Shown in pieces: positions 39,471-52,135 of a DNA stretch of 64,000 bases (its first letter is position 1; the number at the start of each line of letters is the position of its first letter). The notes under the pieces are model-generated. The model did no database searches, had not been told where the DNA came from, and saw only the letters and a list, made by a program, of their open reading frames with translations. The stretch lies in assembly GCA_965112155.1 (NCBI GenBank), contig OZ218103.1; one strand, given 5' to 3'. The position numbers were made by a program, and so were the translations under genes. The DNA comes from Podarcis liolepis. Lineage: Eukaryota.

Positions 39471-40797
39471 ATACCAGCAGCGTAACTGAAAAGATGTGTC
39501 AAAACTTCTATTAATAAATTGTTTGCATATATATGGTGAGCAATTTTTGAAGACTGTAGTGCATTATGTTATTCTACCATATATGGGTTGGATCCAAAAT
39601 CTTTGCTCTTTGAATAGAAGGGCCCTTTGGTGAGCAGTGGGGGATTTCCATTCATGGAGCAAAGACTGGATCTGACCCTATGTTCCCTAAGGAACACTTC
39701 TTTCATAGATCATTTTCAGAAATGCAGCCTGTAATGACTTGGGAGAAAATCTGCTATTTGTTATCAGATAACAAAATGTCTCTTACACATAAAGTATGTT
39801 TGTGTTCACTAGAAGAAGATAGGGGTGTGGAGGGGGGAGGAAGCAGCGACATGCAAAGCTTTGATCTAGAGCCATTTATTTTAACATATCATATAGCCAA
39901 AGATAAATTAATTATGTCAGAGTATACCTTATTTCCTGTGGAACAGTGTTTATTTCATAAATCTTTAAAATTGTGATAATTATGATTTTTGAACAAATAA
40001 TCTTGCTGAGACTAAGCACTGTCTGGGTCAGTGATTGGGTGAGTAACCACACAAATCTTGGGTCTCATGGTGGAAAAAAGGCATAATACAAATGGAAGAA
40101 CATAAATAGATAAATGATATAAATACATAGAGTAGCATCCTCCTGATACATGTTTCTTGATCCAATGAAGGCTTCCATCTCCACAATGTGAGAGAGGCAT
40201 TCCCCCTATGTGCACCCAAATTCTGTTCCAGAGGGTTGGGAAAACCTTTCTGGAACAGAGTTAAAAGTGACATGAAGGGCTGCAGGCAGGAGGAAAACTT
40301 GGCAGAACTATGACAAAACGACCCCAAATAGACAAAATAGCCTTCTGATAGAACAAGGGACGCCATTCCCCTCTGACTAAAAGTTCAGCAATACACAGGA
40401 TGTGCCTGCTGAAATCTCAGAACTCATAAGGTGAAGGAAAAGATCGATTTGAAAGGAATAAAGATGCAACACCTTAAGGCTAAGAGAGAGCGAACAGGAA
40501 GAAAAAGAATCACGTATCAGGAATCCAGAAGGACTATACATATAATATGTGTGTGGCTCCTATGTCACAGTTCAGAAAACAGAACGGCTCCATAAAATAT
40601 TATTACCTATTTATTAAATACTTATGTAAATTTATTAATACAAATGTATTAAGTTATTGATTAAATTTATTAAATAAGAATGCAGTTAGCTTGAGTAGAA
40701 AAATTACCGTATGCAAACTTTACAGATTTATTTAAAACATTTCTATACTTTAATTCAAAATGTCCAGGGCATTTTCTAGTAACTTAAGAAAGAAACA

Positions 40798-40798
<1 letters not shown>

Positions 40799-40841
<43 letters not shown>
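40799..40841. repeat. (CA)n microsatellite
   Basis: Direct reading. Confidence 0.95.
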
Positions 40842-40845
<4 letters not shown>

Positions 40846-41118
40846 AGGCAGTCCTACAATCACAAGCTGTGCTCTACTTATGCATTTTGATTCTGTCCTG
40901 CCTTTTATTTCACTTATATTTCCTGCTTTTTCCAAGAGGAAACTCAAGGCAATGTCCACAGGGTTGACTGGAGGTCTCTCATCTAGGACCAAACAAGACT
41001 TAGACTAGCTTTAGCTGCCTCCTGTGTTTTCAGATCACAGTCCTGACTATGCTTCAACAGGCTACTTGAATACTGTGCAGAACAAACTACACTTTAGCTT
41101 GACCATCTCCAAACTCAC

Positions 41119-41179
41119 CATGTCTGCTAATGAATCGTATGCAGCTCTCTACCACCAGGGGAATTGCTTGGCTGGAATC
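41119..41179 (-). CDS. SRGAP2: SRGAP2 exon 13 (DSSQAIPLVVESCIRFISRH), RhoGAP start
   Basis: 61 nt, ttcag|GAT...CAT G|gtgag; phase 0-1. Confidence 0.96.
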
Positions 41180-43344
41180 CTGAACAACAAAAAGAGAAAT
41201 ATGCGATGAAAAGAATATTCAAATGATAGTGCAGCTTTAAAAAATGATACAGTTCCGAAATAAACATTCTTCAGAAAAGGCTACAGATGGAGGGATACTT
41301 CCCATCACAAAATTCCTACACGGCAGACACAGTGCAATATATGCTTTCTTTGTGTATCCACACACTGGAGGGAGTCATTAATAGCTATTGGATTTTCTGT
41401 ATTTTAACTGCCAGAACACACTCAGTCTCTCGCGCTCTCTCTCTCTCAAAGAAAGTCTAGGTTAAACCTGGAGTTGGAATTTATTCACCCTCATAGAGAA
41501 CACTTAAACAGGGATTGCTGCCATTATTCAGTGTTGTGGTTATATTGAAGGTGATAATTCCCTGTTGTTTCAGCTATCTTTTCATTATAGTACCTTAGTC
41601 TGCAATCCCCAGCATGGCTAGGCAGGACCGTGTGTATGTGGAAGGGGGCAGGAGGGCAGCAATGGAAATCTCTGCACCAACCTTTGAATGGGCTCCAATC
41701 AGGCCCCATAGTGCTGCAGTGGCAGTGGGGCTGGTTGGGCATCTAGGGGATGCCAGGCTGGCTCAGATATTCCTCCTCCCCCAGAATGCTCCATTTTGAG
41801 GCTTTCCTTCAGCAGGCAGAAGGTGGAGCTCGCTATGGGGTGGAGGGATGCTGGGAGGAGCAGAGACAGGTAGGGTTTGACAAACCGCTCCTGTGTAGCC
41901 CAAGCTGCTCCTCCACCCGCAAAGGGAGATTTGCAGCGTTTGGTGTGATTTGACAGAAAACAAACACTCGTGAATCCTATGAGAGACCTTAGAAGTTCTA
42001 CAGAGTTTTTTTCAAGTGTGTAAACAGAACAACACAGCCTCCAGAAATTAAGTGTTTCAGGTATTCAAAGATTGAGCTTTCCAAGAGAAGAACACGTAGA
42101 TGGCAGGAAACAACCCCCCCCCCCAAATAAGGGCACTTAGAAAATAAAAGGGTGAGGCAAGTATACAAATCACGGCAAGCCTTTCCGCCATTTCCCAACC
42201 ATGTGCGTTATGTAAACAAAAATAAATAAAATCAAAGGCCTTAGAAATCCTTTCATTCTACTCCAAAAAAAGAAGAAAAAGGCTTCATGGTACAGGAGGA
42301 TAAAAGCAAACATTTGCATGCAACAAGGAATTGGATTTACAATGAGAAAAAGCTCATTGGAATTTTTACATATCTTATTTGGAACGTGTTATGCCAAAAT
42401 ATCTTGTCTTTAATTTCTTCAGTGGCAAAGGTATCATCAGTAATAGACACATGGAGCTGGTTATCCTGATATAGAATTGACTTCAAAATAGAAACAGACT
42501 ACTTTATGGAGAAATTAACTTGATATTCCTGTATGCTTCAAGTTATTAACAATTTAAAAAACCAACTACTACAAGAACAAGTGAAGCCTCAAATCAAAAC
42601 TGGCCTAGAAAAAGATATCAGGTCCTCCCTGTCCCATGACAATATGACCTAGCTTCTTTATTATTGAGCCCAACTTACAATGCTGTAAATCATCCACCAG
42701 GGACAAAAAATATATATATTGGATTTTCTCTTATTAGTGGAGCACATGTGCACATTTAACAAAATCCTATCTAGCAAAGCAGAAGAGGAAGGCAAGCTGA
42801 GCGGCCAACAACCCTAGTAAAAAATTACAGTAGACAGAAGCAATAAGCGAGTAGCATAAATGTGAGTATATAGGAGAATTATGATACACTGCTTATACTG
42901 GCTAGAGCCATTAGAGGGCAATAGCTTCAAACTCAGAGGCCCCAGACAGTAGAGGATAAGGGGAGAGAACACACACACAAAGAGGGGGACATAAAGTTTT
43001 CATCTATATGAAACAGTTCACACTGCTGTGTTACATCCAAGTGAGTAAAGGATAAATGCTAAGACTACAACAATGTATACTAAATTATCACCAAGAGATG
43101 CTCTTGCCCAGGACCCTTTAGCCTGCCAAGGCCCCTCTCTGTGTCCCTGGAGTTCCAATGTCATGTGCAACAGCTTAGGACCACAGAGCAGCCCTGTCTA
43201 TTGACTCGCTGACTATGCACTCAGTTATCTGAATACATTATCTTAAGATGACCTGCCCACTCCAGAGCTTCCCCTGGACAATTCAAAAGCAATTGCTTTG
43301 CTTTGCTTACACTGCTTTGGAGCCAGAGTGTTGGCTTATGGCAC

Positions 43345-43532
43345 CAGGGGTGTCCAAACTTTTTTCAAAGGGAGGCCAGATTTGAACATGTGTGAGGGCT
43401 GACCAAAAGGCCGACCAAAGCTGTTGACCTTTTTTTTACAATGTTTCCCCAGGAAATAAACTGCCACAGGGGCTGGATTAAACTGGCCGGTGGGCTGGAT
43501 TAGGCCCCAGAAATGGACTTTGGACATGCCTG
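43345..43532. mobile_element. hAT (Charlie-like) MITE
   Basis: TIR caggggtgtccaaa / tttggacatgcctg. Confidence 0.7.
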
Positions 43533-44139
43533 TCTTACGCAGTCTCTGTTCCTCCCTCCCTCCCAAGCAAATAGATCAGATCCGAGTCTCTTACTAAGAT
43601 CTATCTTCCCCTAGCATTCGGCTCAGCAAATCTACAACATATAGTATCATCTAGAGAAAAAGGAGGGAGAAGAGGAAAAAGCAAGAGATGAAGACAATTA
43701 AATATTCTCCAACAAGTACAGGCTTGAAGTTTGGAGGTCCTTCTAGGTCAGATTGAAGCAGCTTGCTGTTGTATACTGTGGACATAATCACTCCCCCAAA
43801 GGGTTCAGTGTTGCTGCTAGTAATGACTAGGTCTGAGGCGTCTCTGAATGGAGAAGTGTTCCTTTGGAGCTTCATAAGCTTAGTGATTTATCAAACACAA
43901 AACTAATATTGGTTTAGGTTTTTTCCTTGAAACAACAATCCATTATGCAGATTCTTTTGGGTAAGGAGGAGATTATGCATTCCCTCCTTTGAGGACTGCA
44001 CTTGGCGGCTGTCTTGGTTTGGCCAAGGTAATTTGGGTTGGTTCCCCCGCTATGAAATATTGGTGGCAAGAAATAACATCTGGCAATCATATAAATGGCA
44101 TCAATTAATCTTTCTGTAATTGTATGAAGTCTTTATTAC

Positions 44140-44164
44140 CTGCTTCCTTATGGTAGAACTGCGT
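44140..44164 (-). CDS. SRGAP2: SRGAP2 exon 12, 25-nt microexon (RSSTIRKQ)
   Basis: aacagcag|ACGCAGTTCTACCATAAGGAAGCAG|gtaat; human RSSTVRKQ; phase 2-0; tandem CAGCAG acceptor. Confidence 0.9.
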
Positions 44165-45501
44165 CTGCTGTTGATCCCAAAGTCAAGATGAGCCATGATT
44201 GATCAAGGAGCAAGAAGAGGAAAAGAAAGCAAAGGCATATGTCAACATAATCACTTACAATCCAAATGCCACCTCACTTGGTATATAAATGGTTCTTCCT
44301 GGGGGTGGAGAGGAGGCAGAAAAAAACCCACTCATTTACTCCTGACTTTCAGAAACATTAAGTGGTCTAAAATAAAAGCCCAAAATGGACGCAGCAAAGC
44401 TTATTGCTAACATAAGGCTATACTTAACCTTTTACTTCCAACTGCAGAGAAACCCATTATAAACCTCCATCATTCTTGTGTCAGTTAGTGATAATTTACA
44501 GTCAGCACCACACTAAGGTAGGTGAGTTCTGCTGAGTGATTTAGAACCACAATGGGGAGGAAAAAACGCAAATTTGTTTCTCTTGTGGAGATTAATATAA
44601 ACCTATTAATGTTTCTTTATTAAAACAAGTGCCCAAGGAAAGGAAAGTGACAGACAAATTAAACCACACTGAAATGACAAGCTATGTTACAAATGACCTC
44701 GTGATTACTGTTTGTGTTCTCGGATGTTAGTGTATGATCCAAAGAGGAAGGAATGGCCTTTTATGGGTTTTTTTTTTTTTTTTGCCAAGCCTTCTCCACT
44801 ATGGAGGGAAGGAAATGAGAACCTTTTGTATCATTTCTCTAAGCAGCATCCATATACCATTGCTATATATAGTATGGGAGTAGCCTTACAAAAGAGTAAA
44901 TAAGTTGTGTGATGTGCAGCCACCCATTCTGACCACATCCAATGTGAGCTGAGGATGTTGCCCAGATAAAAAGCAATAACAGACTTTCCAGGCTGTGAAT
45001 TTCTGAGGAGAAGCAGGAAGGGTACCTAGACGGTATATGCTTGGTACCAACAGAAGCACTAAGAATCCTTCTCTGGAGCCCTGAAGGTCAATGGAAGTTC
45101 AGCTAGTCCTTTGTAATTCCCTTATTTAAGGATTTCTGCAAGTTCCATCTATGGAACTCAGGTACTTACTCAGCCATGTGAGTGGCTCATCCTGAGAATG
45201 GGTGAAGCTACATTTGGTGTGACGGTCTCACAGTGTTTTCTCTAACTTCTGTTGTGCCTGCTTACATTGTAGAGAGTAACGCAGTAAGCTATCTTATATC
45301 TGTTGGAAGCTGCCCAGAGTATCTAGAGCAACCCAGTCAGATGGGAAGAGTACATAGAAGGAGGAGGAGGAGGAGGAGAATCCAATTGAGCTCAGTATTG
45401 TCTACAGCACTGAGCAACAGTGGCTGTCTAGAGTTTCAGGCCAGAGATTGAACCTGAAATCTTATAGCTCTAGCTATGCCCTTCTATTTGCTTCTCATAT
45501 A

Positions 45502-45751
45502 CAGTCATACCTTGGCTTTCAAACAGCTTAGTTCTTGTACGTTTTGGCTACCAAATGCATCAAACATGGAAGTGACTGTTCCGGTTTACGAACTATTTTT
45601 GCAAGCCAAATGTCCGAAGGGGCTTCCGCGGCTTCTGATTGGCTGCAGGAGCTTCTGGCAGCCAATCAGAAGCCACGCTTTGGTTTCTGAACGTTTCGGA
45701 AGTTGAATGGACTTCTAGAACAGATTCTGTTTGAATTCCAAAGTACGACTG
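45502..45751. mobile_element. Tc1/mariner MITE with internal hairpin
   Basis: ta|cagtcataccttgg ... ccaaagtacgactg|ta; central palindrome gcttctgattggctgc...gcagccaatcagaagc. Confidence 0.75.
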
Positions 45752-47420
45752 TAGTAGTTTTAGGGATGTAAAAAAACCCCCAACAACCTGCCAAAGGGCA
45801 GCAGTCCACTGCATAGGAGTGGGATTTCATATTATCACAACACACAAGTTGATAGAAGCTTCTACTCCAGTGGAAAGTGTAAATATCCCCTTAAGATATG
45901 GACAGATCCATGCATTAACAAAATCTGTTGTGGCTCAAGAGAATGTGAGGTGGTAAATGCAGAGCACAATTACAATGCTCTACTGCATGGGTGGCCATCA
46001 GAGTGCTATTCAGATGTTCTGAACTACAACACCCGCCATTCTTAACCACTGGATGTTCTCATTCAGAAATGGAATCCACAACATCTGGAGGGCTACCTTG
46101 CCCAACCTTTATTGATCTTATGTCAAAAAAACTGTCTTCAAGTATCTCTCATTCAGCTCATCCACCTGTTATGTGGGAGCACTTCTCTTTACCCTTGAAA
46201 AGATGTTTCAAATCAGCTCTAATAGCCTTGATCCATTTGTCTTCCTTCCAGCTTTGCTTCTGATTCAGCCATTTCTGTTCTGCCAAATGAATTGCAGAAG
46301 ATACAAACTACTGAAAAGTCCCTGGATCATGAAACCAAACTCCCCGCCAGGACAGATGGTTGCTGAGTCTGTGAGGAAAGCAATCTTGCTTGCACACTTA
46401 AGAACCATAATGGCACTTTTAATATTGAGGTATTCTGATGAAAAAGAAAGGATGACCAAGCTGCAGGGACGGTGTCAGGGGCAGGTGGGGGGGAGGGAGA
46501 GATTAATGTCACAGGAATGTAATATATTTTAAATTATCAACCCTAAATGATTCCCTAATATTTAATGTTGTTCTGCAATGAATAATATTTTATTATTACA
46601 GCTGTCAGACCCTAATTAGGACCTGTCAGCTCTGCTTTACTATGAGAAATGCAAAATGAAGTAATGGCTCCAGATATGGAATAATCACCCTCCCTTTGTT
46701 AGAAAGGATCATGTATGCGCTCGCACTCTCTCCACATGTACATGACTTCTAAGCCAATACAGAAAGGCAATTTGGAGATCTGCAATGTTTCAAAGAAGGC
46801 CTCATCAAAAGTCATATTTTTCTATTATTATTTCCACATATACGGTGACATTTATGATAGAATGATTGATGCCGGGCCCAGTTATAACAAAACGTTTATT
46901 TTCTCCACTGCTGCAATCCAATTCCATGTCAGACCAGATGAGGTCAATAGGCCAAAGTGAAAGAAAACCCCTTCCATGACTGATCCCTCCCCATCCCTAT
47001 TAAACAATCAAAAGCTCTTCAGGTATTTATTTCAGGGCTTTTTATCCCCCATGACAAGAGGAGTTCCAGCAGAGCACAATACACTTTGCCAGCAAGCTTT
47101 GAAAACTGAGAATTACGGTGAGAGTTGCAGCTGAAAATATGTGGAGAGCACCAGGTTAGCAAAGACTGGCTTAGTGATATGCGCTCAAGCTCGAGTGAGG
47201 CCAAGGGAAGGCTTGTGGTCTCCCCGCTCCTCTCCCCTCCCTTCTGTGCAGTCAGGGGAAAGGAATTCTGAAACATTCATTTTCTGTTTCCATGAATGGT
47301 GACTTGTTACGTACGAACCAAAGACAGTGGATTAAAACAGTCCGGTAAGTTTCAAAATAAGCCAGTTTCAAGCCATCAATTATGAAGCTAGTTTGTTTTA
47401 ACTAACCAGAGTTTTAACTA

Positions 47421-47679
47421 CCGTATTTTTTGCTCTATAAGACTCACTTTTTCCCTCCTACAAAGTAAGGGGAAATGTGTGTGCGTCTTATGGAGTGAAT
47501 GCAGGCTTCGCAGCTATCACAGAAGCCAGAACAGCAAGAGGGATCACTGCTTTCACTGTGCAGCGATCCCGCTTGCTGTTCTTGCTTCTGAGATTCAGAA
47601 TTATTTTTTTCTTGTTTTCCTCCTCCAAAAACTAGGTGCATCTTGTGGTCTGGTGCATCTTATAGAGTGAAAAATACGG
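47421..47679. mobile_element. Tc1/mariner MITE, family B, inverted relative to 22579
   Basis: Reverse-complement match to 22579-22837; TA flanks. Confidence 0.85.
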
Positions 47680-48113
47680 TAACTAGTGTCTGCAAACCAC
47701 AACACCCAGTTCATACATAACAAGAAGCAAGGATTCATGGAAGCCCTTCCCCAACACCAGACATCTCGTCTTGGGGTGGGGGTGAGGAGCATACAAGCCC
47801 AAGGTTCCACGGGCTCATTCTAGCTTATGCACATAGTGCTAAGCCACAGTTTAGCATTGCATGTGACTCAGTCCTTTCTTGTGTTGTGGCCATTGTTTGG
47901 GAGGCTGCTTCAAAGGCTTTTCATATGGGAGTTTACATTTCCAGAAGCTGCATTTTTGTTTTTTGTTTTTAGGAAAAAATACAAACATAAGAAATGCCAT
48001 CAAAATGAGTAGCAGTTTGAATGAGGATTGGCAAGTGCTTTGTTTGCAAGAAAAGGACTGTTTGGGTTAGTGGAAGATACTGAAACAACAAAGCTGCTTG
48101 GAACCACACCTAC

Positions 48114-48141
48114 CTGGCAAGAGAGCAGTCAGTCCTTTGAC
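48114..48141 (-). CDS. SRGAP2: SRGAP2 exon 11, 28-nt small exon (SQRTDCSLAR)
   Basis: tttctcttaacag|GTCAAAGGACTGACTGCTCTCTTGCCAG|gtaggt; matches recalled human peptide; phase 1-2. Confidence 0.93.
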
Positions 48142-50963
48142 CTGTTAAGAGAAAAACAGCTATGTTTCAAAAGGAGAGAGACTTGTAGCAGACAGCAGGA
48201 AGGGTGGGTGTGATTTCAACCTTGGTTTGGGGGCAAAAGGGACTGGGGGGGCTTAAATAAATAAAGAAGTGCGACTGAGCATCCCCCCACTCTTCGCTTG
48301 CTTCTGTTGTTATGGAGATCAAGAGAGCACGTCCCCGCAGGCAAGGCTCCTCCATGGCTGACCAGGAAATGCACAAAACAGCTCCAAGCTGCCTGAAGAC
48401 TCTTCGGAAAGCATTGCTTTCAGAAATTGGTTTTCTAGAGATGCAATAATTGTTGACTGCTACTGCCAAAGGAGAGCCATGCCACTTCTCCCTCCTCCGG
48501 CATCTTCCCAGAAGGAATCAGCAGTGAAGAGAGATTGTGTTTTATGAAACCACTTGGAGAGACTGAAAACATTCACAGGTTTGCTAGCCCACAAGCACGA
48601 GGTGCCAGCATCCCATCTATTTCAGGAGTCATGGTTTTAAATGATATTTTCTGGAATCATATTTATATACAAAAAAACAAAAAAAAACACCAACCTTATT
48701 ATGGCTTGGAAGGAAAGGACCCAAACCACTATGCCTAGTGCTGATACAGGCAATATTTAAAAATACTACATTGAGGGTTTAAAAAAAGGAGGAGGATAGA
48801 CACACAAATTATTTGGCACATATCAGAGCTCAGACAGTTTTTAAGTTGCCTTATGCATTGGAATGTTGCTGATTTGCATCAACTAAGGACTTGGCCTCAT
48901 AGCTCAAGATTAAAAATGAAGTGATGGGAATGAAGCTAATTGTTGATCATGGAAAATAAATAACCCATTTTGAACAGTCACTTTCTCCCTCCCAACATAA
49001 ACCTCAATTAGCCAGAATGGTGCATAATTTATAGTAGCATTATTCCAAACCAGAGTTTCTTACCATCTGTCCCACTTCCATCACAGAATATTCATATGTA
49101 TAAATTACACGGCTGTGGCAACATCAAAGGGCTATAGTATTACAGTGACAAATGCAGATGGAAGGCAGGGAAATAATTACTCGCAGATAGAGAGATCTGC
49201 TGGTACTTTTTATTAACGGAACTTGTCATCTTCAGATTAAAATAACTGGCAAATGAAGCCAAACGTCACCTTAAAGGGAAGTGGGGGGTGAGGCAAGACA
49301 CAAGCCCCTATCAAGTTGCTCCAAAGTTAGGCAAGTCAGGCACTCTGCCAGATGACCTTTCTCAGTGCTAAAGTTGTAGAAGGATGATTCTATGATTTCA
49401 GTCACCCACTATCTACTGCAATAGCATTTATAAACTGACTAGGATTGGGATCTAAAATTGCTTCAGTTTATAGTGTTCTAATTTGGGGTTGCTAGGAAAT
49501 ACATTTCCTTGTTCTGAAGTACAATTGCACTCATGTTGTTGTTTTAATGGCTCAAACTCAGGGACAAAGACCTTTGCAACCACATTTCAACCCAATCCAC
49601 AACAGCATTATAGAAGCAAAAGGGGCTCTTTGACATTAGAAAGGCCAAAAAAGAAAGACATTTAGCTTTCTGTCTTTTTCATCTGCAGGAGTCTGTTTGG
49701 TGGGTCAGGCAGGTTAAGAAGAGCCATACGCTGGAATGCAGAAGTCAGCTATGACCCAGGAATGTGATTCATCACAGGAGCAGCATGAGCATTATATTCA
49801 GACACTCAGAGGGAGAAAATGCTCCCAGGAAATGACATGCCTTGTTCTACTTTTTTGATAGACAAATAGTTTCTTGTGCCAGAAAACCTGGAAAATGTGT
49901 CCATTGCTTCATTTCACTTCCTATGGATCAGAGTCAATTTAAAAATAACAAACAGCTTTATCCAACAAATTTGTGGATTCAGAATGCAAAGCACTTTCCA
50001 AACTATTCACATTAATGTTCATAGGCACACGTAGACGATTTGAAGAAATAAAAAATGTCATGTCACTGTATTCATTGTACCAATAAGATGCTGTACTCAA
50101 AGCAGCTAATTCTGGGCCAGAGGCATTCAGCCATATGGCTCAGAGCAGATTTTGCAAGAATGAAAGGAAGTGTTGGCAAAAAGACTTTTAGAACGTATTA
50201 CAGTTCAGAACAAACCCTCTGATTTAGCTCCTTTCCCCAAAGACCTGAATCCTGTAAATGGGAAACAGATCAACACAGACAGCTATAATGAAAGCCGGAG
50301 CTGGTCTTTGTTGTGATATGAACAGATAATTCTATTGAGTCTAGGATTGCCTCGCCTTGCCCTTCCCCAGAAGCTGGACAGATGGGTTTTTCATGGGCAG
50401 TCAGATACATAAACTTCTGGTGGCACCTTGGTTCAGCGTCAGTGTCATAGACAACTAATCATTCCAGCTCCAGCTGCTGGTGGTCCAAGCAGTTTAATGA
50501 AGTTACAACAGGCTTTGCACTGGTAGAATGGTTACCTCCAGTTCTACCTATGAATACCCCTTTTATCCTGGATTTCTTAAAAGAGTCCACACAGAGATGA
50601 AAGGCAAGCAAGTCCACGGGGAAAAAACATTTCCTTAAATGATAAGAATATTTGCATGCTAGGAGAAACAAAGTAATTACTAGGATTACCCCAATTTGAT
50701 TCTGTGGGATTGTTATAATGGATGGGGGGAGGAAATAGGCATATGCTTCAGTTAAACAAATAGATGATGCACATTATTGGCTCATTAAGCACTTCCCTTT
50801 CATCATTACTTAAGCAGTGCAGTAGGGATTGAATAATAAATTCATAAAACATGACTTTGTCCACTTAGCATTGATAATCCAAGTCTGTTATGCTCAGTCA
50901 GCTGCCTAATTCAGTAATTACGAGGGATGGGCTGACACAATGACAAGTGATTCCCAGACTTAC

Positions 50964-51048
50964 TTTCTCCCAGAGTCTTCTGAAGGAGGTCATGTTTTGC
51001 CTGAAGCTTGGTGATGAGGTTCCGCCCTTCCAGATACTCCTTCAACTT
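50964..51048 (-). CDS. SRGAP2: SRGAP2 exon 10 (KLKEYLEGRNLITKLQAKHDLLQKTLGE)
   Basis: 85 nt, aacag|AAG...GAA A|gtaagt; phase 0-1. Confidence 0.95.
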
Positions 51049-51261
51049 CTGTTGGAGCAAAAAGAAGCCAAGGATCAGCATCTATGTCTAGGACACAGAA
51101 GAACTATGGACCAAGAGACTGGAATGGACCAAGATACCCCCTATGTGACAAAGAGCATCATGGTTCCCATGCAATAACTAAATAAGAGCTAAATAACCGT
51201 GACCCTTCACAAAAACACACACAACCTAACACACGGCAGAGTGAAGGAGCTTTCACAAATA

Positions 51262-51487
51262 CAGTGGTACCTCAGGTTACATACACTTCAGGTTACAGAC
51301 TCCGCTAACCCAGAAATAGTGCTTCAGGTTAAGAACTTTGCTTCAAGATGAGAACAGAAATCGTGCTCCGGCGGTGCGGCGGCAGCAGGAGGCCCCATTA
51401 GCTAAAGTGGTGCTTCAGGTTAAGAACAGTTTCAGGTTAAGAACAGACCTCCAGAATGAATTAAGTACTTAACCCGAGGTACCACTT
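51262..51487. mobile_element. Tc1/mariner MITE, family A, second copy
   Basis: High similarity to 618-859; TA flanks; terminal base of right TIR mutated. Confidence 0.9.
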
Positions 51488-51862
51488 TAATTATTATTGT
51501 GGTTGTGCATCAAATGAAAAGCAGTATCAGGCAACACAAGTATCCTTCATAGCTCTGGCCTAACCTCTCTGAATGATACCATAGCCTGTCTCTTTGTCAT
51601 CTTATGGATTTTAAAACAATACCTTTTGGGCTAGCAAATCTGCAAATTGTACTGCAAATCTGGGGTAGTGCTGGCAGAAGAATCTGTGTGGGGCTCAGCC
51701 TACTGAAGAGAACATTTAAAACAAGCCATTCAAAAAACCCAAGGACTTTATCCATTTCTGGCGCCATATAGAGACACGAGATCTATAGAATTTTTAAGGG
51801 TGCAAGTGGAAGAGCACTCATCCCTACTGCAGTTTCCAGAAACTGGCATTCAGAAGCAAACT

Positions 51863-52135
51863 TCCAGTGTGGTGTAGTGCTTAAGAGTGGTAGTCTCATA
51901 ATCTGGTGAACCGGGTTCGTGACTTTGAACATGCAGCTGCTGGGTGACCTTGGGCCAGTCACACTTCTCTGAAGTCTCTCAGCCGCATTCACCTCACAGA
52001 GTGTTTGTTGTGGGGGAGGAAGGGAAAGGAGAATGTTAGCCGCTTTGAGACTCCTTAGGGTAGTGATAAAGCGGGATATCAAATCCAAACTCCTCCTCCT
52101 CCTCCTCTTCTTCTTCTTCTTCTTCTTCTTCTTCT
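51863..52135 (+). mobile_element. tRNA-derived SINE (Squam2-like) with (CCT)n(CTT)n tail
   Basis: A box gtggtgtagtgcttaag, B box ggttcg, core gggtgaccttgggccagtcac, simple-repeat tail. Confidence 0.75.
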
